DNA of 64,000 nucleotides from Candidatus Thorarchaeota archaeon (GTDB lineage Archaea > Asgardarchaeota > Thorarchaeia > Thorarchaeales > Thorarchaeaceae). Position 1 is the stretch's first letter, and every line of letters starts with the position of its first letter. The stretch is from contig JBHLRS010000001.1 in the NCBI GenBank assembly GCA_048882325.1, positions 64,001 to 128,000 of the forward strand, read 5' to 3'. A program made the position numbers and the translations under genes. The notes beneath the pieces were generated by a model. The model had not been told where the DNA came from. It saw only the letters and a list, made by a program, of their open reading frames with translations, and ran no database searches. Below, in pieces: positions 9,611 to 20,200 of the stretch.

Positions 9611-10867
9611 GTGGTCGATTCCAGCAGATGTGGAATCTCGGTTGACATAGGAACTACCAACCTGACCTTTCATCTGACTAGGCATGAAACTGGAGAACTC
9701 GCGGGAGTACTGACACTTGGAAACCCTCAACGTGATTATGGTGAAGAAATCATATCTCGAATCGATTTTGCCAGGAAACCAGAAAATGCATCCCTGCTAA
9801 CTGAGGTTGTTCGTGACACTGTGAATGATGGTATAAATGAAATTCTTCAGAAATCGAATTGTGACCTAGAATCGGTTGACTCTGTTGTGATAGTTGGAAA
9901 CACTGTCATGCACCATCTCTTTTTTGGACTCTCGACCAGTTCTTTACTAAGCCCTCCCTACAGAGCTGAACATAAGGACAGCATTCTAGCCAAACCTTCC
10001 GACTTCGAATTAGAGCTCCCCGATGAAGCACTTTGCTACTCGCCGCCCATAATTGAATCATTCATCGGAGCAGACGCTGTAGCCATGATGCTTGCTAGTG
10101 AGTTTGTCAATTCGGATTCTCGTATCGTTTCAATCGATGTTGGTACTAATACAGAGATTGCAGTCCTAAATGATGGAAAGATTTGGATAGCGTCAGCTGC
10201 ATCAGGTCCAGCATTTGAAGGGATGTCGATAGAATGCGGAACTTCTGGAGATGTGGGTGCCATATACAGAGTCCAGATTGACCCAATCGACTTTAGTCCT
10301 CATTATGAAGTCATTGGTGGAACAAAACCTACTGGTATCTGTGGAACTGGTGTGATTTCCGCGATAGCTGGTCTCTTGGAAACAGGAATGCTTTTTCCAA
10401 GAGGCTCATTCAATCGCAGCCGCATAAGTCCCTGGCTTGTGACCGAGGCACCGATAATTCACTACATACTTACACCAGCATCTGAATCAGCTACTAACTC
10501 AAACATCGTCTTAACTCAGCCAGATGTAAGAATGTTACAACAGTCAAAGGCATCTATTCGTTCTGCATTGGGTATGGTACTTCAATACGCACAATTGCAT
10601 CCCTACGATGTGGATGTGCTGTACCTCACTGGTGTGTTTGGTTCTGGACTAATGATAAACGACGCGATTAGAATCGGTCTGTTACCTGAGATGATTAAAG
10701 CTGATGTGCACCAGATTGTTGGAGGAGCCAGCATAGGAGCTGACCTCATGCATAAACAGGAATGCAGGGAACATGCGGTGAATTTGGTTTCCAAAACTAA
10801 TTATATTGAACTGACTGACAATCCCGAATTCAAGAGTCTGTTTGCGAAGAATCTTCCTTTTCCTTAG
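9611..10867 (+). CDS. ASKHA ATPase, RACo/DUF4445 family (reductive activator of corrinoid proteins-like), no N-terminal 2Fe-2S domain
   Basis: DIGTT, NPQ..YG.EIISRI, VGNTVMHH, DVGTNTEI, AASGPAFEG, GICGTG; start approximate. Confidence 0.85.
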   Translation: MVDSSRCGISVDIGTTNLTFHLTRHETGELAGVLTLGNPQRDYGEEIISRIDFARKPENASLLTEVVRDTVNDGINEILQKSNCDLESVDSVVIVGNTVMHHLFFGLSTSSLLSPPYRAEHKDSILAKPSDFELELPDEALCYSPPIIESFIGADAVAMMLASEFVNSDSRIVSIDVGTNTEIAVLNDGKIWIASAASGPAFEGMSIECGTSGDVGAIYRVQIDPIDFSPHYEVIGGTKPTGICGTGVISAIAGLLETGMLFPRGSFNRSRISPWLVTEAPIIHYILTPASESATNSNIVLTQPDVRMLQQSKASIRSALGMVLQYAQLHPYDVDVLYLTGVFGSGLMINDAIRIGLLPEMIKADVHQIVGGASIGADLMHKQECREHAVNLVSKTNYIELTDNPEFKSLFAKNLPFP

Positions 10868-11361
10868 TATACTAGCTCATCCTCGTGAAAGATTTCTCCG
10901 CGGCGAATCCTTGAGGACGAGAGTGGTCTGCCGTCCTTTGTCCTGACTCTTGGTATCACGATGATATGGAACCGCTTGAGTCCATTATCAATACGCATCT
11001 GGTTAATATCAAACGCGTTCTGCACAACCCCTATCTCATCAGAAACAATTAGTGCCTCCAAGTCCTTCATCTTATCCGCACCACCTTCTGTGGTTTCAAT
11101 TGGGAAGATACTTGCTCGCTTGAGGTCAAACTCTGATGCTATGAATTTCTCTAACTCAGTGTACCGCTCAGCATAAGGCTGAATGAGTCTTCTATCACTC
11201 TTGTAAGCTAGCATCTGATCCGTCGTTAGACCGAGTGCTACAGTTCTGCTCAGTTTGAAGGCTGTACGTATGATATGTTTGTGACCTTCGTGGAGATGGT
11301 CGAATGTTCCCGCGAATACAACCTTATTGTAATGGCAAGCATTCGACTCATCTGTTTCCAG
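10864..11361 (-). CDS. coaD: Phosphopantetheine adenylyltransferase (archaeal/eukaryotic type), probable CTG start
   Basis: Frame extends upstream of the ORF call to include VFAGTFDHLHEGH (HxGH) and GLTTD; ALIVSDE and LSSSRIR downstream; no ATG/GTG/TTG between the upstream stop and the HxGH motif. Confidence 0.88.
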   Translation of the reverse strand: METDESNACHYNKVVFAGTFDHLHEGHKHIIRTAFKLSRTVALGLTTDQMLAYKSDRRLIQPYAERYTELEKFIASEFDLKRASIFPIETTEGGADKMKDLEALIVSDEIGVVQNAFDINQMRIDNGLKRFHIIVIPRVRTKDGRPLSSSRIRRGEIFHEDELVY

Positions 11362-11364
11362 TGG

Positions 11365-13356
11365 CTACACACTCCTAGATTCTATGACTCCTGCGTCTGT
11401 AAGGTCCTTTACAATCTGCATCATCTTCGCTGAGTCTATTTCCTTAAATTGGAAACATATCATATCCCAGATAAGATCCAGAGATGTCCAATCTTTTGCC
11501 ATGTTCAACATTTCATCGATTGAAGAGAGAATCTTCCCGTTCTCTTCGCTCAGCTTTCGATATTCTGCCGCCTTTTCGCCAAGGTTGTTCATGATATATC
11601 CCGGTGACATTGCATAGTCATAGATTCGCTTCACCTCGATACCAAAGCTGATTGTATCTAGTGAGATTTGGTCTTCCCGCATAGCTTCAAGTCCAACTTC
11701 AGCACAGGCACCTTCATACGCCTTTCGTGCTACAACCATTTCTGTAGTATAGACCATCTGAAGACTGGTCTTGAGTGATTCACGTAACGATTCCTGTTCC
11801 GATATCAGTGACCATTCATTAGCTGCTTTGTCTAGAGTTTCTTGGCCTAGATCGTGTGCGAGTCCTAGCCAACGAAGAACTCTCGGGTATAGTTTTTCCG
11901 GATCGCCCAAACATCGCGATAGCTCAGTCACACCACGAAGACTTACCGCTTGCATTAGTTCGACAAACTCGTTCCTGCTCTCTGTGAGGATAGTTTCTTC
12001 ATAGACATGATTTGGAAGTGCGTATGAGAGTGCCGATAGAGCTCCAATACGCGAGGCATATCCCATTTGTCTTGCATCAAGTTTGTCCGCAGTATCAGTA
12101 GAAGTGTGGTAAAATCTATCTGGGAACTGATTGAGCATGACTGCTGGGATACCAACAGTACTGTCCGTCAACATGAAGTGGTCACTACCGGGCGAGTAGC
12201 GGTTATACTCGTGAGGCAATGGAGCAACCATTCCACCCTCGCGCCTTTCATCTTTTCTTTTAGCTTCAGACTGCAACCAATACCTTACGACATTGTTCAG
12301 TGTAGTTGGCAATGAGAAAGGTGTCCTGTAAAGATGAAGAACCGAACCAGACTTCGTTGGGTCCGCTCCCACCATGTCCAGATTGATCATCCCTGTGCAA
12401 CGCTTGAGAATGTCCTTCTCATTCTCAATGAATTGAATAGTACCAGACCATTCAGGAATCCATAGAAATCTGATGGAGTAGACCAGTTTGGGTATCTTCT
12501 CTTCCTTGATAAGTCGTGAGAGTACGCGGAGAATTTCCAGTAATGCGCCACTTCCAGAAGCATTGTCGTTTGCTCCTGGATGTGGGTGACAAACGTGGGC
12601 TGCTAACCATATCTCTTTGGACTTGTCTTCTCCAGGCAGTAAAGCTGAGATGACTTGTGTCTTCCCAACTGCTAATGAAGCATCAACTTTGGCTTTTACA
12701 CGAACTACTTTGTTCTCTTCCAACCACTGCTTCAGCTTGATTCCATCTCCCTGTTTCAAGGCGAAACCAAAGGTAGCTTTGTCCTTTGCATCAGCATCCG
12801 GCCAAATTGCATCATATCTTCGCAATTCAGCAAGTTCATCTATGCCCTTTGGAGGTACGAAGGTTAGAACTCCAGCTGCACCATGTTCTTCCACAGCGAC
12901 CTTATGTACAATGCGCGCCAGACTCTCAGTGAGGACAAGATTTCCTTTCACAACTTTGTTATCGTAGTCTGACGGACTAAGACCTTTACCAACATACACA
13001 ACATCCGTTTCAATATCTACAGATGTTGAGTGTGCAATCAGGGAGATCGGTTCTGCATTGAAGTCTGCAAGTGTCTTCTTTTCAGGCTCAAGCAGCTCAA
13101 GTTTTCCATATCTTCCTTCCCACCCGAATGGGTTTTGCCAAGTACCAATTGTCCTTTTCCCATCGGCTGGGTACTCATACACTTTGACTTTGGCATCTGA
13201 AATTGACTCGATTCTATTCTTTAGGTACTCAATAGCCTCTGAGAACCCCGGGCTTGCTTGAATTCTATGGAATGCAGAGATTGCGGTAGCGTAATCCTTT
13301 GCACTGATTCCAGAAATGTTGTCTGTAACGACTTTGACGATATCGTCTGGTAGCAT
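11365..13356 (-). CDS. M28-like aminopeptidase with PA domain (DUF4910-like)
   Basis: HRIQASPG, HVCHPHPGANDNASG, PEWSG, NLDMVG, SDH and YHTSTD metal-binding motifs. Confidence 0.85.
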   Translation of the reverse strand: MLPDDIVKVVTDNISGISAKDYATAISAFHRIQASPGFSEAIEYLKNRIESISDAKVKVYEYPADGKRTIGTWQNPFGWEGRYGKLELLEPEKKTLADFNAEPISLIAHSTSVDIETDVVYVGKGLSPSDYDNKVVKGNLVLTESLARIVHKVAVEEHGAAGVLTFVPPKGIDELAELRRYDAIWPDADAKDKATFGFALKQGDGIKLKQWLEENKVVRVKAKVDASLAVGKTQVISALLPGEDKSKEIWLAAHVCHPHPGANDNASGSGALLEILRVLSRLIKEEKIPKLVYSIRFLWIPEWSGTIQFIENEKDILKRCTGMINLDMVGADPTKSGSVLHLYRTPFSLPTTLNNVVRYWLQSEAKRKDERREGGMVAPLPHEYNRYSPGSDHFMLTDSTVGIPAVMLNQFPDRFYHTSTDTADKLDARQMGYASRIGALSALSYALPNHVYEETILTESRNEFVELMQAVSLRGVTELSRCLGDPEKLYPRVLRWLGLAHDLGQETLDKAANEWSLISEQESLRESLKTSLQMVYTTEMVVARKAYEGACAEVGLEAMREDQISLDTISFGIEVKRIYDYAMSPGYIMNNLGEKAAEYRKLSEENGKILSSIDEMLNMAKDWTSLDLIWDMICFQFKEIDSAKMMQIVKDLTDAGVIESRSV

Positions 13357-13435
13357 AGTAACCACTCACAGTGGAAAATTCGGGTGATTTTCTCACATAA
13401 GTAGTCTGCGACTCGAACAAAATGATGACTCTGAG

Positions 13436-13477
13436 AAAAAAATACTACTACCGGAGGTGATCTTAGCATCCTCCGGT
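13436..13477 (-). terminator. Hairpin plus T-tract after ferritin
   Basis: ACCGGAGG (13450-13457) pairs with CCTCCGGT (13470-13477); a T run follows on the minus strand. Confidence 0.55.
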
Positions 13478-13495
13478 CATGTTCTTGAATACAAA

Positions 13496-14023
13496 CTAAG
13501 GCGCAGTTGAATCTGCAGGGATTGGTGGTGCTGGCGGACGTGTTCCAAGCTCAGCATCAAGCTGAAGTAGAGCGGGAATTGAGTCCCCAATCAGTTTCAA
13601 CTTGTCGCGAATTTCCATTGTGTTTGCTTCTTCCTCTGTTTGCTCATTGTAGAACCAGGTTAACATTGACTGAGTTGATCTATCACCTTGGCTGTCAGCA
13701 GTGTCACCAATCTTGTAGATTCTCTCAGTAACAATGGTTTCATGATGATAAGCATCAGCAAAAACTTCGTGAGCTGATTTGTATTCTGTCTTTGGTCCTT
13801 CAATTGGTTTCATTAGAACTCGTGCACCACGTTCAGTAAGATGTCTGTAGAATCTCATGGCATGTCCAAACTCTTCCTGATATTGAACCTCCATCCAGTG
13901 GGCCATTCCGGTGAGGTTTTGATCCTCAAACCATGCTGCCATGGCGAGGTAGATGAATGCACTGTACAATTCAAAATTCAGTTGGTCATTTATTGCGTCA
14001 ACTAACTCTTGACTAATCTCCAT
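13496..14023 (-). CDS. ftnA: Non-heme ferritin
   Basis: NDQLNFELYSAFIYLAMAAW, EEFGHA, HETIVT and EQTEEE ferroxidase motifs; GAGGTG SD 7 nt before ATG. Confidence 0.95.
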   Translation of the reverse strand: MEISQELVDAINDQLNFELYSAFIYLAMAAWFEDQNLTGMAHWMEVQYQEEFGHAMRFYRHLTERGARVLMKPIEGPKTEYKSAHEVFADAYHHETIVTERIYKIGDTADSQGDRSTQSMLTWFYNEQTEEEANTMEIRDKLKLIGDSIPALLQLDAELGTRPPAPPIPADSTAP

Positions 14024-14034
14024 AATTATGCACC

Positions 14035-14070
14035 TCAACTTCCATGTTGAATTTCTCAACTCTCAGTTGA
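14035..14070 (-). promoter_or_regulatory. Tandem TCAAC-N5/6-GTTGA palindromes in the ferritin leader
   Basis: 14035-14050 and 14056-14070, lying between a TTTAAA box (14100-14105) and the SD. Confidence 0.45.
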
Positions 14071-14238
14071 TTTCACTTCACTATAGCTAATCGACTGTCT
14101 TTAAACTTTCGGTAGGACATTGACGGTTTATACTCAATCTGATTCATTCTTCACGAATTGAATACACCTCTTACATCCAACGAACCTTTTTCTTTTGGAA
14201 AATGAAGTTTCAGTTCTATATATAGCCCGGAGTGAGCT

Positions 14239-16977
14239 GTGAAAATGGTACTTTCAGACCTTACAACTCTGACCATTATGTTTGAGTTTGTTCCCCCTCT
14301 CGTAGTAACTTTGATCTATCTCCTCTTCTTCGGAAATCGTAAGAGTAAGTTCATTGAAGCTTTCATTATTCTGATGTATCTGAAGACCGTGACCTATTTC
14401 TTGATGAATATGGTTCTGCTACCAGTCTCTGTGGGAAGCGGTTTCGACCCATTCGTAGACACTCGAACACTCTCATGGCTTCTTCTTACCGATTTGTTGT
14501 TCCATTTTGTGACTTCACTCCAGGAATATATGATGTGGGTAATGGTGTCATTCTTTGCTGTTATGTTTGGAATGGTCGTTCTCGCAGCCAAACTAGCCCT
14601 CCAGGACCCCTTGAAGATGCGGTTCAAGAATCTAATTCGAAGTATTACTAAACGGGAACCAGAAAGTGATGGTTACACAGGCTTCAGCGATCGATTAGCA
14701 AACATTCGCTTCGAAGGTCTTGAACCCCAACCTCTGAATCCAGAGGTTCAAGATAGAGCATGGAGAGATGCTTGGAGAGATTATCTCATCATTGGTCTTG
14801 CTACACTTATTCCATCGATTCCCATCTATATCGGAGGTGTAACCGCCTTTGTGAATGGATACTCACCTGATGTCTACCTTTGGAATATTATGATTTTTCT
14901 AACCTGGATATACAGATTCGGATATCCAGCATCAAACCGAATTGCCAAAGGTGCGGGTCTACGCCTAGGAAATCGCGATGTTGGTGGAGAAATGATGCGT
15001 GGGGTACTTGGTTGGTTCTTCAGACTCAACCTTGTCCTTAGTTTTGGTCTTGTTGGATTCCAAGTATATCAAGCCTTCACTACTGGAGTTGCAGTGTCAG
15101 AGATTCTCAATGTTTTGTTTGCCTACTACACAGCTGGCCTCATCTATGGTGTACCTCCTATCATTTTTGCAATCTTGCTTCTACCACTTGTTGAGGACTT
15201 TGCAGTTGTTTTGTATAAGAAAGCATTTGACTCAATTACTCAAGCAAGAACAAAAGTATCTAAGATGAACATGGGTGGCGTAATTCGGAATCTAAGCTTG
15301 AGTATAGGAACAGGTCTTGCAGCTACAGCAGCATTTACTGGCTCAGTATTCGCTATCACTTCAAATTACGCAATAGAACGCAGATTATTCCTCTTTTTCC
15401 CTAGAGAGATTGATGATGAATTTGTTGCGGGTGTTCTAATCAATCCAGTAAGTAATCTAGGGATGATGGGCGAAACAATTTGGTTGTTAATGCTCCTGGC
15501 AATACCTTTCGCTATGATTATTGTTCTTGGAATTATAGGTCACTTTGTTTGGAAACGCTCAAAGGGTGGAATAGAATCATTTGCACTATTCTCAGGTTTG
15601 ACTCTATCCATGGTGACCTACTATGTGTTTCCAGGTTTAGATTACATTGTCAATTTTAGCTTAACCCCAGCATATTATGCAGGTGAAGTATTCAACAGAT
15701 TCCGCCCTGTTCTTTCATTTCCACAACCAGAGCAACAATGGGTGCGCCTAGCTTCTCAGTTCATTATCAACATGCCATTGTTCATATTCAGTACACTCTT
15801 CATTCTATACTTCTTCAAGTATAGGGAAAGCTGGAGGAATCAGGTTGGAGAAACTGCTGGGCCTCTATTACATGTCCATCAGAGAGACATCTTCCAGTCT
15901 GCAGTGATGTTCTTTGGAGGTCTCGTACTTTCTATTATTGGTGCATGGGGATTATCAGTACTGATTGCAGACCCGGGGCTAGTTTATAATCTACTTACTG
16001 GTCTATTTAACCAGATTTCTCGACCTGAGGGACTAGAGGCTGTTCTAGTTCCATTCAATCTTGACAACATGATTCCAAGATGGGATCCAGCAGCAGACCC
16101 ATTTGGATGGTTCATCATCTTCGCAGAACACAACATGGTTCGGATTCTCTTGATGTTGGTCCTCGGTCCTATGTTCTGGTCTGCCGCTTTGTGGTTGACT
16201 GGCGTTGAAAAGACTGATAGTGAGAAGAGCATCGGTACTTGGAGTATTGTTACTCTAATAATAGGCGGAGTATTAACTTACGTATGGACGGTTCACGATG
16301 CGAGGATTGGTCTCTTCAACCCCTATAATTTACGGTGGGGCGTTGCTGCACAGCTTGGGCTTCGAGCACTCGTAGTCTTTGGAGCACTGTTTCTTATTGT
16401 AGGTTTGATTGCAATAATCCGCAGTCGTGGAGGAAAAGGTATCGGAGCTTGGTGGTTCCCACTCTTTATCTTCATCTTTGCAGCTGAGTACTTCATCTAT
16501 GATGACCAATTCACCATTATAGCATTGGTCGTACTTCCAATCATTCTAGCCGCGGGATACAAGCTTACTGGACGAGGGCGTGGAGAGGACTTTCTCATCT
16601 CCTACATCAAATTCAGTATAATGTCCTTGGCTATATCAGAAGTGCTGTCAACTGCACTGACTCTTGGGGGAATTGCAATCATCGAGCTCCAGTTCATTGG
16701 GATAAGCCCATTAGAGCTTCTTGCAAGAATTATTCCCCATGCAATTGTAGAGATACCCACCTTCTTGGTTGCTGCTGGTGCTGCGATTAGGATATCGAAG
16801 GATCTATGGCCGATTATAGAGTCCGAGGAATGGGAATCAGTTCCATCCAAGACCCGTGCATTACTTGGTGATGCTCGTACCTGGAGGACATACGCCCTAA
16901 TTGTGTTCTTCCTTGTGATTGCCGCTTTGATTGAGGCGTTCATAACTCCGATTGTCTACTGGATGGTAGTTCTATAG
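14239..16977 (+). CDS. Large polytopic membrane protein with C-terminal SpoIIM-like domain
   Basis: 912 aa, roughly 20 hydrophobic segments; C-terminal IIPHAIVEIP...AALIEAFITP signature of the SpoIIM family. Confidence 0.7.
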   Translation: MKMVLSDLTTLTIMFEFVPPLVVTLIYLLFFGNRKSKFIEAFIILMYLKTVTYFLMNMVLLPVSVGSGFDPFVDTRTLSWLLLTDLLFHFVTSLQEYMMWVMVSFFAVMFGMVVLAAKLALQDPLKMRFKNLIRSITKREPESDGYTGFSDRLANIRFEGLEPQPLNPEVQDRAWRDAWRDYLIIGLATLIPSIPIYIGGVTAFVNGYSPDVYLWNIMIFLTWIYRFGYPASNRIAKGAGLRLGNRDVGGEMMRGVLGWFFRLNLVLSFGLVGFQVYQAFTTGVAVSEILNVLFAYYTAGLIYGVPPIIFAILLLPLVEDFAVVLYKKAFDSITQARTKVSKMNMGGVIRNLSLSIGTGLAATAAFTGSVFAITSNYAIERRLFLFFPREIDDEFVAGVLINPVSNLGMMGETIWLLMLLAIPFAMIIVLGIIGHFVWKRSKGGIESFALFSGLTLSMVTYYVFPGLDYIVNFSLTPAYYAGEVFNRFRPVLSFPQPEQQWVRLASQFIINMPLFIFSTLFILYFFKYRESWRNQVGETAGPLLHVHQRDIFQSAVMFFGGLVLSIIGAWGLSVLIADPGLVYNLLTGLFNQISRPEGLEAVLVPFNLDNMIPRWDPAADPFGWFIIFAEHNMVRILLMLVLGPMFWSAALWLTGVEKTDSEKSIGTWSIVTLIIGGVLTYVWTVHDARIGLFNPYNLRWGVAAQLGLRALVVFGALFLIVGLIAIIRSRGGKGIGAWWFPLFIFIFAAEYFIYDDQFTIIALVVLPIILAAGYKLTGRGRGEDFLISYIKFSIMSLAISEVLSTALTLGGIAIIELQFIGISPLELLARIIPHAIVEIPTFLVAAGAAIRISKDLWPIIESEEWESVPSKTRALLGDARTWRTYALIVFFLVIAALIEAFITPIVYWMVVL

Positions 16978-16985
16978 AAATTTGG

Positions 16986-17022
16986 GGAGTGGCTAGACCA
17001 CTCCTACTTCTTTCCTTTTTTT
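16986..17022 (+). terminator. Hairpin plus T-tract
   Basis: GGAGTGG-CTAGA-CCACTCC then CTTCTTTCCTTTTTTT, just after the stop at 16977. Confidence 0.6.
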
Positions 17023-17205
17023 ACATTCAATCTGTTCAACGTAGGCTTATATTCTAAGTTTCGGACATAAGAGAAAAGCGCCGCTGCTAGGGATATGACC
17101 AATCAAGACTGTTGTCCGGAAACAGTTCTCTTTTGGAACAAGAATGCATCGCACGGTTCTATGCATTTTGAAAGCAGCTGCGGTCGCCAATCAAGTTAAC
17201 TTGAG

Positions 17206-20200
17206 GTGTACACGACGAAGCTATTCACCAAAGTATTCTCTCTCGCTGTACTGGCTCTATTCTCCTTATCACTTTTCATGACTCCTCCTATTGCAGACAT
17301 CTCAACTGAGGAGTCACTCACAGCTCCAATTTCTTATTCTAGGTATAATCCATACTCAATCGCTGATTACCCTGAGAATTATACCAGAGTCGATTGGGAT
17401 CTAGGGACAGTAAACGAAGAAAACACACACAATTGGAGTTCGAGTCATTATCGATTTGGACCAACAATTAATTGGCATACAAGAAATACAACTGATTCTA
17501 CATTGATTACCTGGAATGATGAAATCGCAATCAATGAGTATGTCGATTTCAGAATTGAGATACCATACAGCTCTCTTGGTGGACAGACCCCATTTGGAGT
17601 CTATCTCATGGGACAATACTTCAACATGTCTGCATTAGCAAACAGTGAAGGTCAGTTCTATATGAGCGGCAACTCACCCATAATGTTCATGGTCTGGTAT
17701 AACATATCGGGCGGCAACTGGCTCACTTTCAGTAGCACAAATACAACCTGGCCTGAAGCGCCACCTGCTGAGCTGCCACCTGGTTTTGCATTGAGTGACG
17801 TCTTTGGAACAGAAGTTTCCCCCTTCATGGAGATGAACATGGCGGCATCGGGATATGTCGCAGGAGCAGAGTCCTATTGGGCCAATGTTCGACTGAGATT
17901 CAATTCATCCACTATTGGAGGGTTCTACACAATCTCTTGCGGGGTGCAGGATACCCAACTGCAGACTATTGCTGAGAGCAGATTTGAGGAATTCAACAGT
18001 GGAAGAATCATCGGGACAACATTTGACTTCCTCGTGGATCAAGCTGTTGGTGGGTATTATGACTGGGAAAGAGTTTCTGATGATGGCTTTCCTCTATATT
18101 CCGCCACTCGTGGTGTAGACTTCAACATGACTGCTACTATTACCAATGGGACAAACCTGAGCACAGCTACAGTGCTCTTTGAAATTCCCAATCAGATCAG
18201 GACAAAGAACTGGGTCTATGGCCCATACACAGTGACCGAAGAAGTCACTGGAGTCTGGGAGTTTGATGATGTGAGTGAAACTTACTTCTGGAATGCAACA
18301 AAGACGGTCAACTGGACTTCTCAGAAGGAGGGTTTCCATTACGAGGATGGATACACTTGGTTAGATACTGGAAGGGAATACAACTTCAACGATTATGGCT
18401 TCATTCAGACGAGATGGACAAGTGGTCAGGCTGCAATAGTCTACAATTTCACAACTGGTACATTCACAACTGTTCTTGCTTATCACTACGATAACATGAC
18501 AGAGGTAACAGACCAGTATGGCACGCATTGGGAGAAAATCAACTGGTTCGAGTATGAACCGTGGCCTGTAGATGGCAGTATTCCTCTCCCTTACATCGTG
18601 AACCAGACCACAAGTGAGTCTTATTGGGCAAATGGAAAACTTGTGGTTACTTTCCGAGGTCATATCAGTGACAATATTCGTCCAACAACTCAAGACGATG
18701 GGAATTGGCCACTCAATGTTTGGGAAATTATCACAGATATCCATGGTCGCGGTCTTGCTCCTGCAGCTCGATTGCCATTGTCTTCACCAGAGGACGCAGC
18801 CCAGTATGACCTGCTGAACTCTCTGGCTGTCGAATCACCAGTTTCAATCGTGACTTTGACTCATGGTGGTGAACCATACGAGCCAGATTGGATGTTTTAT
18901 AGCGATATTGGTGTGCCCTTCACTGTAAAATCATGGCTGCAGGGTGGTGCTGATTACATCAATGAGATTGACGGCATAGGATTCTTTATGACCGCCTATG
19001 AGGACAATCGGGGCTTTGATGGCATGTTTGATTGGCACCAGTGGTCTGAAATTGAGATTCAGATTCGAATAGATCCTCATGGTGCAGTCGATGTAGCTGT
19101 CTATAACAGGACTGTTCGAAACCAGTGGATCAATGGTACTTACTGGGACTGGGTCATGGTTGAAGTCATGCCTGGTCGATGGGAGCCTCAATGGAAACTT
19201 ATCGACGACTGGCACTGGGAGGAGTTGACCTGGGACTTTGTTGCAGATGATTGGACTTCAGGATGGCTGTCGTTCGAATCACCAAATCTCAGAATGCCAG
19301 TTCACTGGCTTGATGTTGCTGGTCTCATGATAGATCCTTTAGGCAACGACCTCAGAATATCATTCGATATTATACCTACTCCTGAACTACCGCAGCTAGA
19401 ATGGAGATGGAAGTACTTCTATGGTGATCTTACCTGGGTTATTGACTACGAGTCTGGTTGGGGTGAACACACCGTACTCGGTTGGAACGAGAACACAGTA
19501 TACAGTTACATCAATGGCACATCCAAGCTATACATGGATGAACCAGTTAAGGCTGAAATCTTCAAGGACCAAATAACTCCTGATCTCTATCAGCGTGATA
19601 AGATTCCATATGTCGTGATAAATGGTCAAGAGATTAACCTTGACAAGTATTTGATGACAGATATGGAATACAATTGGGAAGAGACCGTCCGGTCCGAATA
19701 CAACTATTTGACTGGTGAAGAAGAATACTTCATCAAATTTGCAAATGGAACCGAGATACAGGTGTATTCAGGTAGTGCTGGGGTCATTTTCAATATCACA
19801 TTGCCAAATCTGGGAAATGCAAACTTTCTAGCTTGGGGCGATGGACCACAATATGCGGGTATTGATGACCTCTACTACATGCTTGCTGTAAATGGAACTA
19901 TGATTATTCAACCGTGGTTCATCTGGGATCTGTGGATAGCTCAATTCTATGAGGTGGTTGAGGTATCTCAGGTTGAGTATACCTATGTGACTTACCTCAA
20001 TGGTACAAAACCGTTCTATATGAGAGGTTGGCCCGAGTATTTAGGGTACGATCATTATGTGATGTATCGGAATGAAACATATGAACCAGTAGAGTTCTGG
20101 TATGATCCAACGTTTGGATATCACTACTGGAACATGACAGATGGGAAGTTGTACATGTTTGATTGGCCATGGGAGTTGATGACAGGAGTCTACAACTCAC

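Noticed and set aside
10864-13365. General TAG recoding (pyrrolysine code)
   Set aside because: Several genes end at TAG exactly at their expected C-termini (both surface proteins, rpe), and no pyl genes are in the window
13446-13482. SECIS-like element after ferritin (ATGA preceding a stem)
   Set aside because: The 3' GA of the kink-turn quartet is missing and ferritin has no in-frame TGA
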